The notes below the pieces were generated by a model. The model was given only the letters and a program-made list of their open reading frames with translations. It was not told the origin of the DNA and ran no database searches. A DNA stretch of 64,000 nucleotides from NCBI GenBank assembly GCA_013239625.1, contig MU053136.1:80017-144016 (forward strand), written 5' to 3'. Position 1 is the first letter of the stretch. Each line of letters begins with the position of its first letter. The position numbers and the translations under genes are program-made. Origin of the DNA: Lama guanicoe (lineage: Eukaryota). Positions 52,613 to 64,000 of this stretch are shown one piece after another.

Positions 52613-55552
52613 TTGCGCCGCGGGAAAGACACCCCCACCCCACACGGGCCGGGCACGACCACACCGGGTGGACCGCTGGACAGATGCACCCACTCACCTC
52701 TCCAATCCGCACCCCGCCCCACCGGAGCACTTCTTCCCCCCACGAGGGCACAGCCCCCACGCCTCCCGGAAGACACAAACTCACTTCCCTCTCCCCAACG
52801 AGGCATGGAGACCCCAGCTCGACACGCCCCCTCTCCACCGTTTCCACACTCGGATTGCTCTGGGTCTACCCAATGAGTGTTTCCGGGCGGGGACACCCCC
52901 ACCGCAGTTCCTGCTTCTGGCCGTTTGGGTGTGCTCGCTCGCGCCCCCTAGGGGCGGGGGGGAGGACATTGTCCTGCTTGTGCTCGACAATCCCACGGCA
53001 GGAGCATTTACCCAGGCTGGCTCCTGGGGCGACGCCATGCCACAGGGAGGAATTAGTACGTGGGAGGGCTAGCTCTGGGTCTTGGGGCCAATAAGGGGGA
53101 CCCTACCCCTTCCATGCTAATCTCACTGCCCAGTGAAGGGGGAAGGGCAGCGAGGGGCAGGACCCCTGCTGCCCATGGGGGTAGGGGGTCCCCAACCCTT
53201 TCCGTGAAAGGGACCAGGAGGAGTGGAAATCAGGACGTCCCCCTACATCCACCCATGGATGGAAGCTAAAGGGTCGGGGGAGCCAAAAGTCTGGATCCCT
53301 CCTCATTACTATCTTGGGAGGGAGAAGGGAAGGAGCAGGAGCCGGCTAAGGGGACTGGGGAGGGGCCTTGTAATTTATTGCTTTTTTATGGTGATCTGGG
53401 GTAGGGGGCACCCCTGCAATGGGACCCCTCCCCCACTGTTCTTCCTGTCCAGCCCCTCCCTTCCGCTGGAGCAGCTCAAGACTCATCCTTCAACCCCCTG
53501 ATCCCTCCCAGCCAGGTTAAGAAGGAGGATATGAGGTGGTTGGGAGGGTTTCCAGGCCCCCGTCTCATCCCTAGAAAGGATATGGTGGGGTGGATTTACC
53601 TGGCCCAGCCCCATCCTCCTCAACCAACCCAGACCTTGGGCCTTCTGTGTCAGTTGTTTCCGGTCTTTTTTTTTTTTTTCTGGCTAAATATTTTGCAAAG
53701 GACCAGGTAACTGGGGAGAGGTGAAGGGTGGGGGTAGGGGGGCAATACCCCATCTCATCTCCTCCAAGGCAGGTGGTGTGACTCTTCTTCAACAGCAATT
53801 AAAGAGGAAGTGATTTTGTCTAGGGGGTGAGCTGCTGGTCTGTTCTTGAAGAGGCGGGAGTCAGGGAATGGCCTTGGTCAATGCGGGGAACTGGAGGTGG
53901 GAGAGGGCCAGGGAGGGTGCCTCCCACTGGGGCTGATGGCAGGACTGTATCCAGGGATGTGAAGATGGTAGGTCAGATACTCCATCATGTACAACAGTTC
54001 TGGGTTCATTTAGTGGAAGGAGACAGGCAGGTCAGAACCACAGTGGGGACCCAAGGAGCAGAGAAGTCACTGACTTCCAGGATGACTCCTATTCTGGGAA
54101 GGAGTTGGAGTGTGGGGCTTAGAGGAAGAGGGGAGGGGAGGGGCCTGCTTGGAGTAAGTGGTGTAGCTTCAGTTAAGAGCAGGAACTTTGGAGTCAGATC
54201 TGATTTCGAAACCAGCTAGGCGGTGTTGGGCAGGTTACCTTGGGTACGTCTGTTTATTTGTAATCTGAACAGTGTCTGTTCAGAGGTCACCTGGTAAGGG
54301 CTCTCGCATCAGCCCTGGAGGGCTGCCCCAGGCCAGCCTGCTCACTTTGAGCACCTAGTACCAGAAGTAGATCTTACACTACTCTCCTGGCCTGGAGGGA
54401 AGAGGTGAAAGGTCTGGCTGCAGAGGTCCCTGGTGTCACAAACTCCATGCCCAGCTGACGCAGACAGCTGAAAGCGTTTGACCTGGCAGAGGGGCCAAGT
54501 GGGGTGGTGTTGGGCCAGCAGCCTGTGCAGGGTGGGCAAAGCCACATACATATTGTTAGCCACCTTGACAAACCAGTTTATGGCCCATTGTCTCCTGGTA
54601 GAGTTAGTTCTGGCCCTCTGCACCCCTCAGCCCCAAAAAGGATATTCAGTGAAGGTGCACCACTGAGCTGACAAGCTGTGGTTGCAGGAATGGGCCCAGG
54701 TCCCACTCACATGGGAGGCCCTGGTTCTCCAGGGTCCTAGGCTGGGTGACCACCTAACACAGCGGTCTGACCCAGAAAAAGGTGGATTCAGGGGTGCAGG
54801 TGCAGATGCAGGTGTGTGGTCTGGGAAGGCAAAGCTAGAGGAAAGGAGAGAAGTAGCAAAGAAGACTCAACTGGAAGACCCCACCACCTCTCCTCCCTTT
54901 CATCGGAGACCCTGGGCTCTCCTCCTCCATCCCCACTTTCCTTCTTGGTGGCAAAAGCTCACTGCCTTCCTCAGAAGCTCGAGAGTGTGAGAGGCTGTGG
55001 GGAGGAAACAAGGACCCTGGAGAGAGTGAAATAACCATAGGGAATCACGGGCCAGTGGGAAGTGCCTTTCAGTTCCCACCAGTGAAAGGTGGTCAAGGTG
55101 TCAGGACCCCCACGTCAAATCCCAGCGCTCAGTACTCCAGTGGCTTCTTTTCCTCATGTGCTGCATCTTGGCCTGTGGGAAATATAAAGGGTGGTTGTGG
55201 ATGGGCTGACAGGACACTGAGCCCTCCAGGCTGGCAGAAGAGGACTCTGAAGGGGACTTCCTGGGGGCTGAAGGAGAGCTGCTGCCCCTTAACGTCCACG
55301 CCACCTTCTCAGCTGCCCTTGGGGTCCTCACCTGGATTCCTGCTGCCGTCTGCCATCCCCCGCTTCCTTACCCGCTCCTGGTCACCATCTGCCACACACC
55401 CTGCTCCCTGCCTTTTGTTTGCCTTAGCACAGCTGGGACAGAACAACCTTCTCCATGGGAGTTGTACCAGAAGCCAAAGTAAAGTAAAAATGAATTTATT
55501 ATTGAAAGTACAAAATGATTAAATCTAGTGAGGTTTCTAGAAATTCGTTTTC

Positions 55553-58500
55553 CTTTTCTTTTTAAAATTTTTTTATTGAAGTATAGTTGATTTACAGTGT
55601 TGTTTTTCTGGTATACAGGATAGTGATTCAGTTATACATATAAATATATTCTTTTTCATTATGGTTTATTACAGGATATTGAATATAGTTCCCTGTGCTA
55701 TATACAGTAGTACCTTGTTAATTATCTATTTTATATATAATAATTTGAATCTGCTAGTCCCAAACTCTTAATTTATCTCTCCCCCACCGCCTTTCCCCTT
55801 TGGTAACCAGAAGTTTGTTTTCTTATGTCTGTGAGTCTGTCTGTTTTGTAAATAAGTTCATTTGTATCATTTTTTAGATTCCACATATAAGTGATACTAT
55901 ATATTTGTCTTTGTCTGACTTACTTCACTTAGTATGATAATCTGTATGCCCACTCATGTTGCTGCAGATGGCATTGTTTCATTCTATTTTATGGCTGAGT
56001 AATATTCCGTTGTGTGTGTGTGTGTATATGTGTGCGTGTATATATACATACGTACACATATATCCACACCACAACTTCTTTATCCAATCATCTGTCAGTG
56101 GACATTTCAGCTGCTTCTGTGTCTTGGCTGTTGTGAATAGTGCTGCTGTATGAACACCGGGGTGCTTGTATCTTTTCAAATTAGAGTTTTCTCTGGATAT
56201 ATGCCCAGGAGTGGGATTGCTGGGTCATATGGCAACTCTATTTTTAGTTTTTTAAGGAATCTCCATCCTGTTTTCCATAGTGGCTGCACCAATTTCTACC
56301 AGCAGTGTAGGAGGGTTCCCTTTTCGCCATATCTACTCCAGCATTTATTATTTGTGGACTTTTTCATGATGGCCATTCTGACCAGTGTGAGGTGATACCT
56401 CATTGTACTTCTGATTTGCATTTTTCTGATAATTAGTGATATTGAGCATCATTTTGTATGCCATCTGTGTCTTCTTTGGAGAAATGTCTATTTAGGTCTT
56501 CTGCCCATTTTTTGATTGGATTGTTTGGTTTTTTTGTTATTGAGTTGTATGAGCTGTTTATATTCTGGAGGTTAAGCCCTTGTCAGTCACATTATTTGTA
56601 AATATTTCCTCCCAGCCTGGTTTATTGTTTCCTTTGCTGTGCAAAAGCTTGTAAGTTTAATTAGGTCCCATTTGTTTATTTCTGCTTTTATTTCTATTGG
56701 CTTGGGAGACTGACCTAGGAAAACATTGCTGTGACTTATGTCAGAGAATGTTTTGCCTATGTTCTCTTCTAGGAATTCTGTGGTGTCCTGTCTTATGTTT
56801 GTTTAAGCCATTTGAGTTTATTTTTGTGTATGGTGAGAGGGGGTGCTCTAACTTCATTGATTTACATGCAACTGTCCAGCTTTCCCAACACCCCTTCCTG
56901 AAGAGACTGTCTTTTCTCCATTGTATATTCTTGCCTCCTTTGTTGAAGATTAATTGACTGTAGGTGTGTAGGTTTATTTCTGGGCTCTCTATTCTGTTGC
57001 ATTGATCCATATGTCTGTTTTTGTGCCAATACCATGCTGTTTTAATAACTGTAGCTTTGTAGTATTGTCTGAAGTCTGGGAGGGGTATGCCTCCAGCTTC
57101 ATTCTTTTTCCTTAGTATTGTTTTGGCAATTTTGGGTCTTTTGTGATTCCATATAAATTTTAGGATTGTTTGTTTTAGTTCCTTGAAAACTGTCCTAAGT
57201 ACTTTGATAGGGATCGCATTAAATCTGTGGATTGCTTTGGGTAGTATGGCCATTTTAACAATGTTAATTCTTCATGGAATATCTTTCCATTTCTTTGAAT
57301 CATTTTCAGTTTCTTTTATCAGTGTTTTATTGTTCTCTGTGTACAAGTCTTTCACTTCCTTGGTCAAGTTTATTCCTAAGTATTTTAATTTTTTGATGCA
57401 ACTTTAAAAAGGATTTTTAAAACTATCACTTTCTGATATTTCATTGTTAATGTAAAGAAATGTAACAGATTTCTGTATGTTAATTTTATATCCTGCTAAC
57501 TGTGCTGAATTTGTTAATCAGCTTTAGTGGTTTTTGTGTGGAGTCTTCAGGGTTTTCTATATAAACTATCATGTCATATACGTATAATGACAATTTTACC
57601 CCTTCCCTTCCAATTTGGATACTTGTATGTGTAGGGGGGAGGGAGGTAATTAGTTTTATTTATTTATTTAAAGTGGTGGTATTGGGGATTGAACCCAGGA
57701 CCTCATCCATGCTAAGCATGCCCTCTACCACTAAGCTATATCCTTTTATTTCTATTTCTTGCCTAAATGCAGTGGCTAGGACTTCCAATACTATGTTGAA
57801 TAGAAGTGATGAGAGTGGGCATCCTTGTCTTGTTCCAGATTTTAGCAGGAAGACTTTCAGCTTTTCACCGTTGAGTATTATGTTGGCTGTGGGTTTGTTG
57901 TAAATAGCTTTATTATGGTGAGATATGTTCCCTCTATACCCACTTTGGTAAGAGCTTTTATCATGAATGGATGTTGAATTTTATCAAATGCTTTTTCTGC
58001 ATCTATTGAGATGTGGTTTTTGTCTTTTGTTGATGTGGCGTATCGCATTGGTTGATTTGCATATGTTTAACTATCCTTGACCTGGCGATAAATCCAACTT
58101 GACTTTGGTGTATGATCTTTTTTTTATGTGTTGTTGGTTTGCTAATGTTTTGCTGAGAATTTTTGCATCCGTATTCATCAAAGATATTGATCTGCACTTT
58201 TTGGGGGGAATAATATCTGTCTGGTTTTGGTACCAAGGTGATGGTGGCTTCATAGAATGAGTTTGGGAGCATTCCGTCCTCTTCAATCTTTTGGAAGAGT
58301 TTGAGAAGGATAAGTGTGAGTTTTTGTTGTTTTTTTTTTTTTTAATGTATGTTTGGTAGAACTCCCCAGTGAAGCCATATGGTCCTGGACTTTTGTTTGC
58401 AGGGAGTTTTTTTTTGTTTGTTTTTTGTTTTTTTAATTTCAGATTCTATTTCATTTCTATTAGTAATTGGTCTGTTCAAATTATTTCTTCTTGATTCGGT

Positions 58501-59338
58501 TTTGGTGGGCTATATGTTTCTAGAAACGTGTCTATTTCTTTTAGGTTGTCCAATTTGTTGGTATTTAATTGTTTATAGTGTTTTCTTATGCTTTTTCATA
58601 TTTCTATGATACTGGTTGTTATTTCTCATTTCTTATTTTATTTGGGTCCTGTCTTTTTATTTCTTGGGGAGCCTGGCCAGAGGTTGTCAATGGTTTTTCC
58701 CTTTCAAGGAACCAGTTCTTGGTTTTCCTGATTTTTTTTTTAAATTAAAAAAATCTTTTATTTATTTCCTCTCTGATCTTTATTATTTCCTTCCTTCTGC
58801 TGACTTTACATTTTGTTTGTTCTTTTTCTAATTCTTTTAGGTGGTAGGTTGGGTTGATTATTTGAGATTTTTCTTGTTTTTTGAGGAACGCCTGTATTGC
58901 TATGAACTTCCCCTAAGGATTGCTTTTGCTGCATCCCATAGATTTTGTATGGTTGTGTTTTCATTGTCATTTGTCTCAAGGTATTTTGAAATTTCATCTT
59001 TGATTTTACCATTGCCACACCGGTTTTTAGTAGTATTTTGTTTAGTCTCCATGTAGTTGTTTTTTTCTCATTTCTCTTGACATGATTGATTTCTAGCTGC
59101 ATGCCATTGTGATTAGAAAAGACGCCTGAAATAATTTTTTTTTTGGTTTTGTTGTGATTACTAGATTCTTCTTCTGAAATAATTTCTATCCTCTTAAATT
59201 ACTGAGGTTTGTTTTTGTCCTAGCACGTGGTCTATCCTAGGGAATGTTCCACATGCACTTAAGAAGAACGTGTATTCTGGATTGGTTTTTGGGTTTTTTT
59301 TGATGTAATGTCTTAAAAATATCAATCAAGTCTAACTG
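55553..59338 (-). mobile_element. 5'-truncated LINE-1 (about 3.8 kb) with decayed ORF2 and 3'UTR
   Basis: ORF fragments [68 protein letters not shown] match L1 ORF2; T-rich tail at the left; possible degenerate TSD TAGAAATTCGTTTTC / TAGAATTCCATTTC. Confidence 0.95.
57625..57743 (-). mobile_element. Vic-1-like SINE nested in the L1
   Basis: 'ggggattgaacccaggacctcatccatgctaagcatgccctctaccactaagctata' interrupts L1 text 'ccaatttggata..ccttttatttc'. Confidence 0.85.
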
Positions 59339-59519
59339 TAGAATTCCATTTCTGATAATACTCTATTCCTATCAAATCAAAGATAACCCTCCTATCCCAG
59401 CCTCTCGCCACTCTCTCATTCTTAAAGATTCTACTGTAGCTTCTGATCAGCTCTGGGGAATCCTTCTATAGTGCTTGCCTCCAAGCACCATCTTGTCTCT
59501 TCAGAACTCAGCAGATGGT

Positions 59520-59730
59520 TTATTTCGTTATTGATCACTTCCTGTGGGCCAGACACTTTGCTAAGAGCACAACACATTATATCTCATTCAGTCCTCACAA
59601 CCACCTTTGGCCAGTACAATCATCCATATTTACCATGAGCAAATAGCACTTGAAAAGTTAAATAACTTGTTCAAGGCCCCACTAATAGTAAGTGGAAGAG
59701 TGAGGATTTGAACCCAGCATTCTGACTGCA
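59520..59730 (-). mobile_element. MIR SINE
   Basis: 'attatatctcattcagtcctcacaacc..agtaagtggaagag..ggatttgaaccc'. Confidence 0.7.
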
Positions 59731-61018
59731 GCTGGACTTGAGGCAGTGTCTTAGATCCCTCCCTTTAACGTACACACATGGATCTGGGGAAGCAGGGTTT
59801 TATAAGCCTACCCATTTGCATTTGTAAATAATATAAACATAATATGCTCATTAAGTACATGAGCACTTTCAGCAGGAAGAGGGTCAGCCTTATAAAACTT
59901 CCTTTAACAACAATTGAATCCCTCTTTCCACTTTAGGAGACCTGGGAGTTCCATGCCTTCTAGAGATCCCTTATCTCATGAGTCAGCGGACTCTTCAGCA
60001 GAAATGCTGCACACCTCAGAGATTTGGAGCAAGAGGGGGAGGTGGACAACCCCGATTTGCATTTGGCAATGAGGACGAGGTGGAGACACCTTCCCGTGCC
60101 CACCTGCCCTTGGCATACTAGGAACTGGCCTGGGTGGGCGGCAGCCCTCTCTCTGGGCATGGCGAGGGGCAGAGGTCTTTCTGGGGAAATGCTGAAGTGG
60201 TGTGGCTGGTGGGCGCAGGGATGGCGTCTGCAGCACGCTGCAGGGAGAGAGCTTGGCAGGAGGACCGCTGTGGTGGGGTAACGCCGGGTGTACTGTGTAG
60301 CTTTGGGGATATAAAGGGGGAGAAGAGAAGGAACAGAAATGGACAAATGAGGAAAAGGAAGGACCCCGCTACCACAAGCGTTTCAGTCCTGGCCAGGCCA
60401 GCAGGCTTCGCTTCACTGTCCTAGTCTCATACTGCGTCCCCCACCCCCACGGGTGCGGCCCGGACTGTGGAGCACAGAATGGGATCAGAGTGCCCGCTAT
60501 CCAGAGAACACCAAGCCTCCTCCCTACCTGAGCCCCAACCCCACCCACCCTCCTAAAAGAAAAAAAGGGTTGATGGTTTGATGGTCCAGTTCTTTATTTA
60601 GAAACCTGATTCTTCCGAGAACATGGATGGTGGCTGGGTCTGTAACCTACCCTTTTCATGGGACTGTGTCAGAGGTGGTGGGCAACTTTCTTCCCATTTT
60701 CTCAGCAACAGAGGGAAGGTGCCTCAACTCAGAAGATGTAGGGAACAGCATGGGAAGGCAATGGGGCAGGACAGTCAAAGCCAATCCGAGGGGAGGGGGA
60801 AGGAGAGTGCGAAAAGCAGTGGGGTGGGGGCCTGCTGAACTGCCCGGCTCTCCTTGCTCCCCAGCTCTACTCCACTCCAAAATGCTCACGATGCTCTAGG
60901 TGGCGAGGGGAAAGGAACCCACAAGTTGGGGGACTGGGGACAACAACAGGGGAAGCCAGGGAGGAAGGGAAGCAGGTGTGGGGAGAAGCCTGGGAGAGCA
61001 CATCTTGAGGGCGGCCCT

Positions 61019-61114
61019 CAGCAGCAGCAGCAGCAGCCCTCACCCCGTGGCCCCCCACGCCCTCAGCTGGGCCTCAGTCGCAGCTCACAGCTCGCAGCTC
61101 GCAGCTCACAGCTC
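61019..61114. repeat. (CAG)6 and (RCAGCTC)5 repeats in the OS9 3'UTR
   Basis: CAG run at 61019-61036; 7-mer tandem at 61080-61114. Confidence 0.85.
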
Positions 61115-61224
61115 GGCTCTCCTCTGCTGTTTCGCCTTTAGGGCCCTGGGAGATGGGGTGGGGGGTGGCGGCAGGGCCAGTCTAGGAAGACTCTGGGCTC
61201 TTTTGCGAGCCCATGGTGGTGGTC

Positions 61225-63922
61225 TCAGAAGTCAAACTCATCCAGGTCCCCCGTGCCCTCCCCGCCCCGAGAGCCCCACACCCGGCGGTAATTCCTCTCC
61301 AGCTCTTTCTGCCGCTGCCGCTCCTTCTGCGCCTCCTCAGCTCCCTGCACCTGGCAGGAGGGCATGCGGGTGAGTGGGAGCCAAGGGAGGCACTGGGCGC
61401 TTGGGGGTCTGGAGATCGGTGCATGTCGGGCAGGCAGGAGTGGGGCCCACACGTGGCCTGTGGGGCTCTGCTGAGGGCCTGACGCCCAGAACCACAGTGG
61501 CGAGGCCGGGATGGGCTAACCCTCGCTCTTCACACCTCAGTGGGCTGGAGGAGAGGGAAGGCTGGGGGGCCAGGACTTGGGGGCGGGGTGCCTCTCACCA
61601 GGATATTGAAGAAAATCTCCTTGAGGTTTTTTGTGTCCTCATCAGTCAGCCAACGAGCATCCTCCTCAGTCCCTTCAGTCCCTGGTCGGACAATCTTGAT
61701 CTCAATTTTCCCTGGAAAGGAGCAGGACGGGAAGTGAGAGGAGAGGAAGCGGGGGAGCTTCAGCGCAGGTCCTCTGTCCCCCGGGGCCCCAGCCGAGGTT
61801 CCCAGCCCCTCCACTTCAGGCAGCAAGCCCTTCCAATGGCTCTGCATCCAGCCCCGCCCTCCAGGGCCCACCTTCGGCTGTGAGTCCCTCCCTCTCCAGC
61901 AGCTCCTTCACCAGCCCCTCGATTTGTTTCAGCTGTGGGTTTTCCCGTTTCATCTCGAGGACAGTCAGATCCTGATTGGGGCCTCCGTGACGGAGCTTGG
62001 TGACCCGGACCCGGACTCTGTGCTCAGGATCCTCCTCTTGGAGGGAGAGACACACAGGGAGACACAAAGCAGAGCCGTGACTCCAGGGCTAGGGCTGCAG
62101 CGGTCACCTCTCCCTAAGACATCAGTGGGTTTTGGCAGTTATTCCATCACAAACACGGATATGAGCTGGGCTCAAAATAAATTAGCACCCATCACCCCCA
62201 ACCCCATTCCAACCCAAAAAGCTCCCCCCATCAGTGCAGTTTCCCTTCCCCACACCAACCCACCAGTAATTCTGCCCATCATCTAAACTGACTGTTTTCT
62301 AAAGCAAAAATGAGGCCACCTGGGCCTACAGAGAAATTGAAGAAGCAGGCTGGAAAACTGTGGTCTGGCACCCTTGACATGTTGGGACTCAAAAGACATT
62401 TCAATGTTTATAGAGACAGTGGGATGGAAGGTTTGAAACTAGGACATTCCATTTGTAACACCTGGTCTCTCTGACCCCGGGGCCTGCGGAAGGGACACAA
62501 AGGGTGCAAGAAGAGGGGAACTTTAAGTCTGTCTAGGCAATTGGCTTATGAGCAGCTGGGCTGCCCGTTCACACCCCGCCAGCTGGGGCCACTCCCTGTG
62601 CAGTCCTGACTACTGACAGGCAGAGTCCGCCACAGGTGTGTGGTCTGGCACACAGGCTCACTGCCACCCAGTTAATATCTACCAGTCACCCACGAGGGGC
62701 CAGGCAGAGTGCTAGGCACTGGATGTACAGGAGTAAGCCAGAAAACCGCCACGGAGGCAAGCCAGACAGGCTCTAACAGCTGCTTCCCAAAAAGACAACT
62801 AGGAGGTTAGCGGGCAAACGGATGGAGGTGTTGGGAATGGCTGAGAACAATGTTCCAGGAAGAGCGAGAGTGAGCGTTCTCAGAAGGGATAAACGACGGG
62901 CCTGGCCGTTTCCTCCCATCTGGCAGCTCTCACCTGCTGGTCGGGGGGACGGGGGAGGCTTTTTGGGGACAACCCTCCTCTTCTGGTGCTTCTTCACCAG
63001 CTCTGGACTCTGTTTTTCCTCCAGCCTTTTGATGAGTTTGTTGAGAGTGGAAGTCAGCGCCAGCATAGCCCGATCACGCTCTGACTCCTTCTTCAGCCCC
63101 TCTGGGTCCAGCTCCTTCTCTGTCTGGAAGGCCCAGGGTGGGAGTGAGAGTCAGGATCTGGGAAGTAATATCTAAGCCTCATTCTTCTCTCTGACCCCCT
63201 TGTCCACCGTCCCCCACTTTTTAATTAAGTAAACAATAGCAGTTCAGGGCGCCTGCTCCAGCACCCCAGGCCAGCGAGGTGCTGTCCTCTGTTCTCTTCC
63301 GGGCCCTCGGGCCTGTCCCCCCACAGGCACAGGCGGCGGTGGAAGCCACGGGAGGAAGCGGGGAGCCCACCTCCTGGATGATGTTCTCCAGCTCCCGCTC
63401 CATGCCAGCCTTCACCTCCGCACGGAGCCGGTCTCGGTCCGACGGGAGCAGTATCCCTTCCAGTTCCTTCTCAAATTCTCCCAGCAACTGCCGCTCATCC
63501 TCATCTTCGTCTTCATCCTCATCGTCGTCCTCCTCTTCTTCCACCTCGTTCTGATGCTCGGGGTCACCCTTCTCCTTCACCTCTGGTTCCCTGGAAGGGG
63601 CTTCTGCAGCATAGTCTGCAGGCTGCTCTTGGCCGGAGTTGGGCTTCCCCTGGGTGGGTGGGGATCGGGAGAAAGAGGGAGACGGTTGGGGTTCCATGGT
63701 GGGAGGAAGTGGGAGTGGGGACCCAGGAGGAGTACAGGACGGGAGTCGGCTCCATCGGCCCCAGTCAGGGGTGCGTCTCTGAATGCTCCCAGCAGGGAGG
63801 CAGGTTCTGCCCCTCCCTGGAGCAGGGCCATACCTTTCTTGTTCCACCCTTCAGCTCCTCTATCAATCGAATCAAGTCTGCGGGGCTCCGAATAACTTTG
63901 ACCTGCACGTTGTTCTGAAAAT
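61225..63922 (-). CDS. OS9: OS9 ER lectin, last 6 coding exons (gene begins past the right edge)
   Basis: Exons 63834-63922, 63371-63649, 62934-63123, 61872-62036, 61599-61711, 61225-61350; acidic tract EEEEDDDEDEDEDE, C-terminus GTGDLDEFDF; AATAAA (minus) at 60593-60598. Confidence 0.96.
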
Positions 63923-64000
63923 CTGAGATGAAAGAATAGGAATGGACCCGTCATGTCTTAAATTCTATTTTGACTTCCTAAGGAGAAGAGTTGAGGAGGC

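Noticed and set aside
56741..59102. Active or domesticated reverse transcriptase
   Set aside because: L1 ORF2 is broken by many stops, frameshifts and a SINE, and is 5'-truncated.

Overview
Mammalian genomic DNA, most likely camelid (three copies of a Vic-1-like tRNA-derived SINE), syntenic to the gene-dense human 12q13-14 block. Gene order: TSFM (5' part, -), EEF1AKMT3/METTL21B (-), METTL1 (+), CYP27B1 (+), MARCHF9 (-), CDK4 (+), TSPAN31 (-), AGAP2 (+, two alternative first exons), OS9 (3' part, -). I mapped exons by hand from GT-AG boundaries; exon phases are consistent and every complete gene sums to an intact ORF of the expected length. The remainder is L1, L2, MIR, MER3-like and SINE repeats plus one N-gap that looks like an assembly artefact. 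I found no evidence of a wholly new gene system. The most interesting unexplained structure is regulatory: a SINE inserted at the last splice acceptor of CYP27B1, a U12-like intron in TSPAN31, a near-perfect RE1/REST site, a stop-start-coupled uORF chain before AGAP2-L, a perfect CRE in METTL1 intron 1, an ETS/kB repeat array and several RFX X-boxes. Repeat boundaries are approximate, and comparisons with human sequence are from memory, not from a search.
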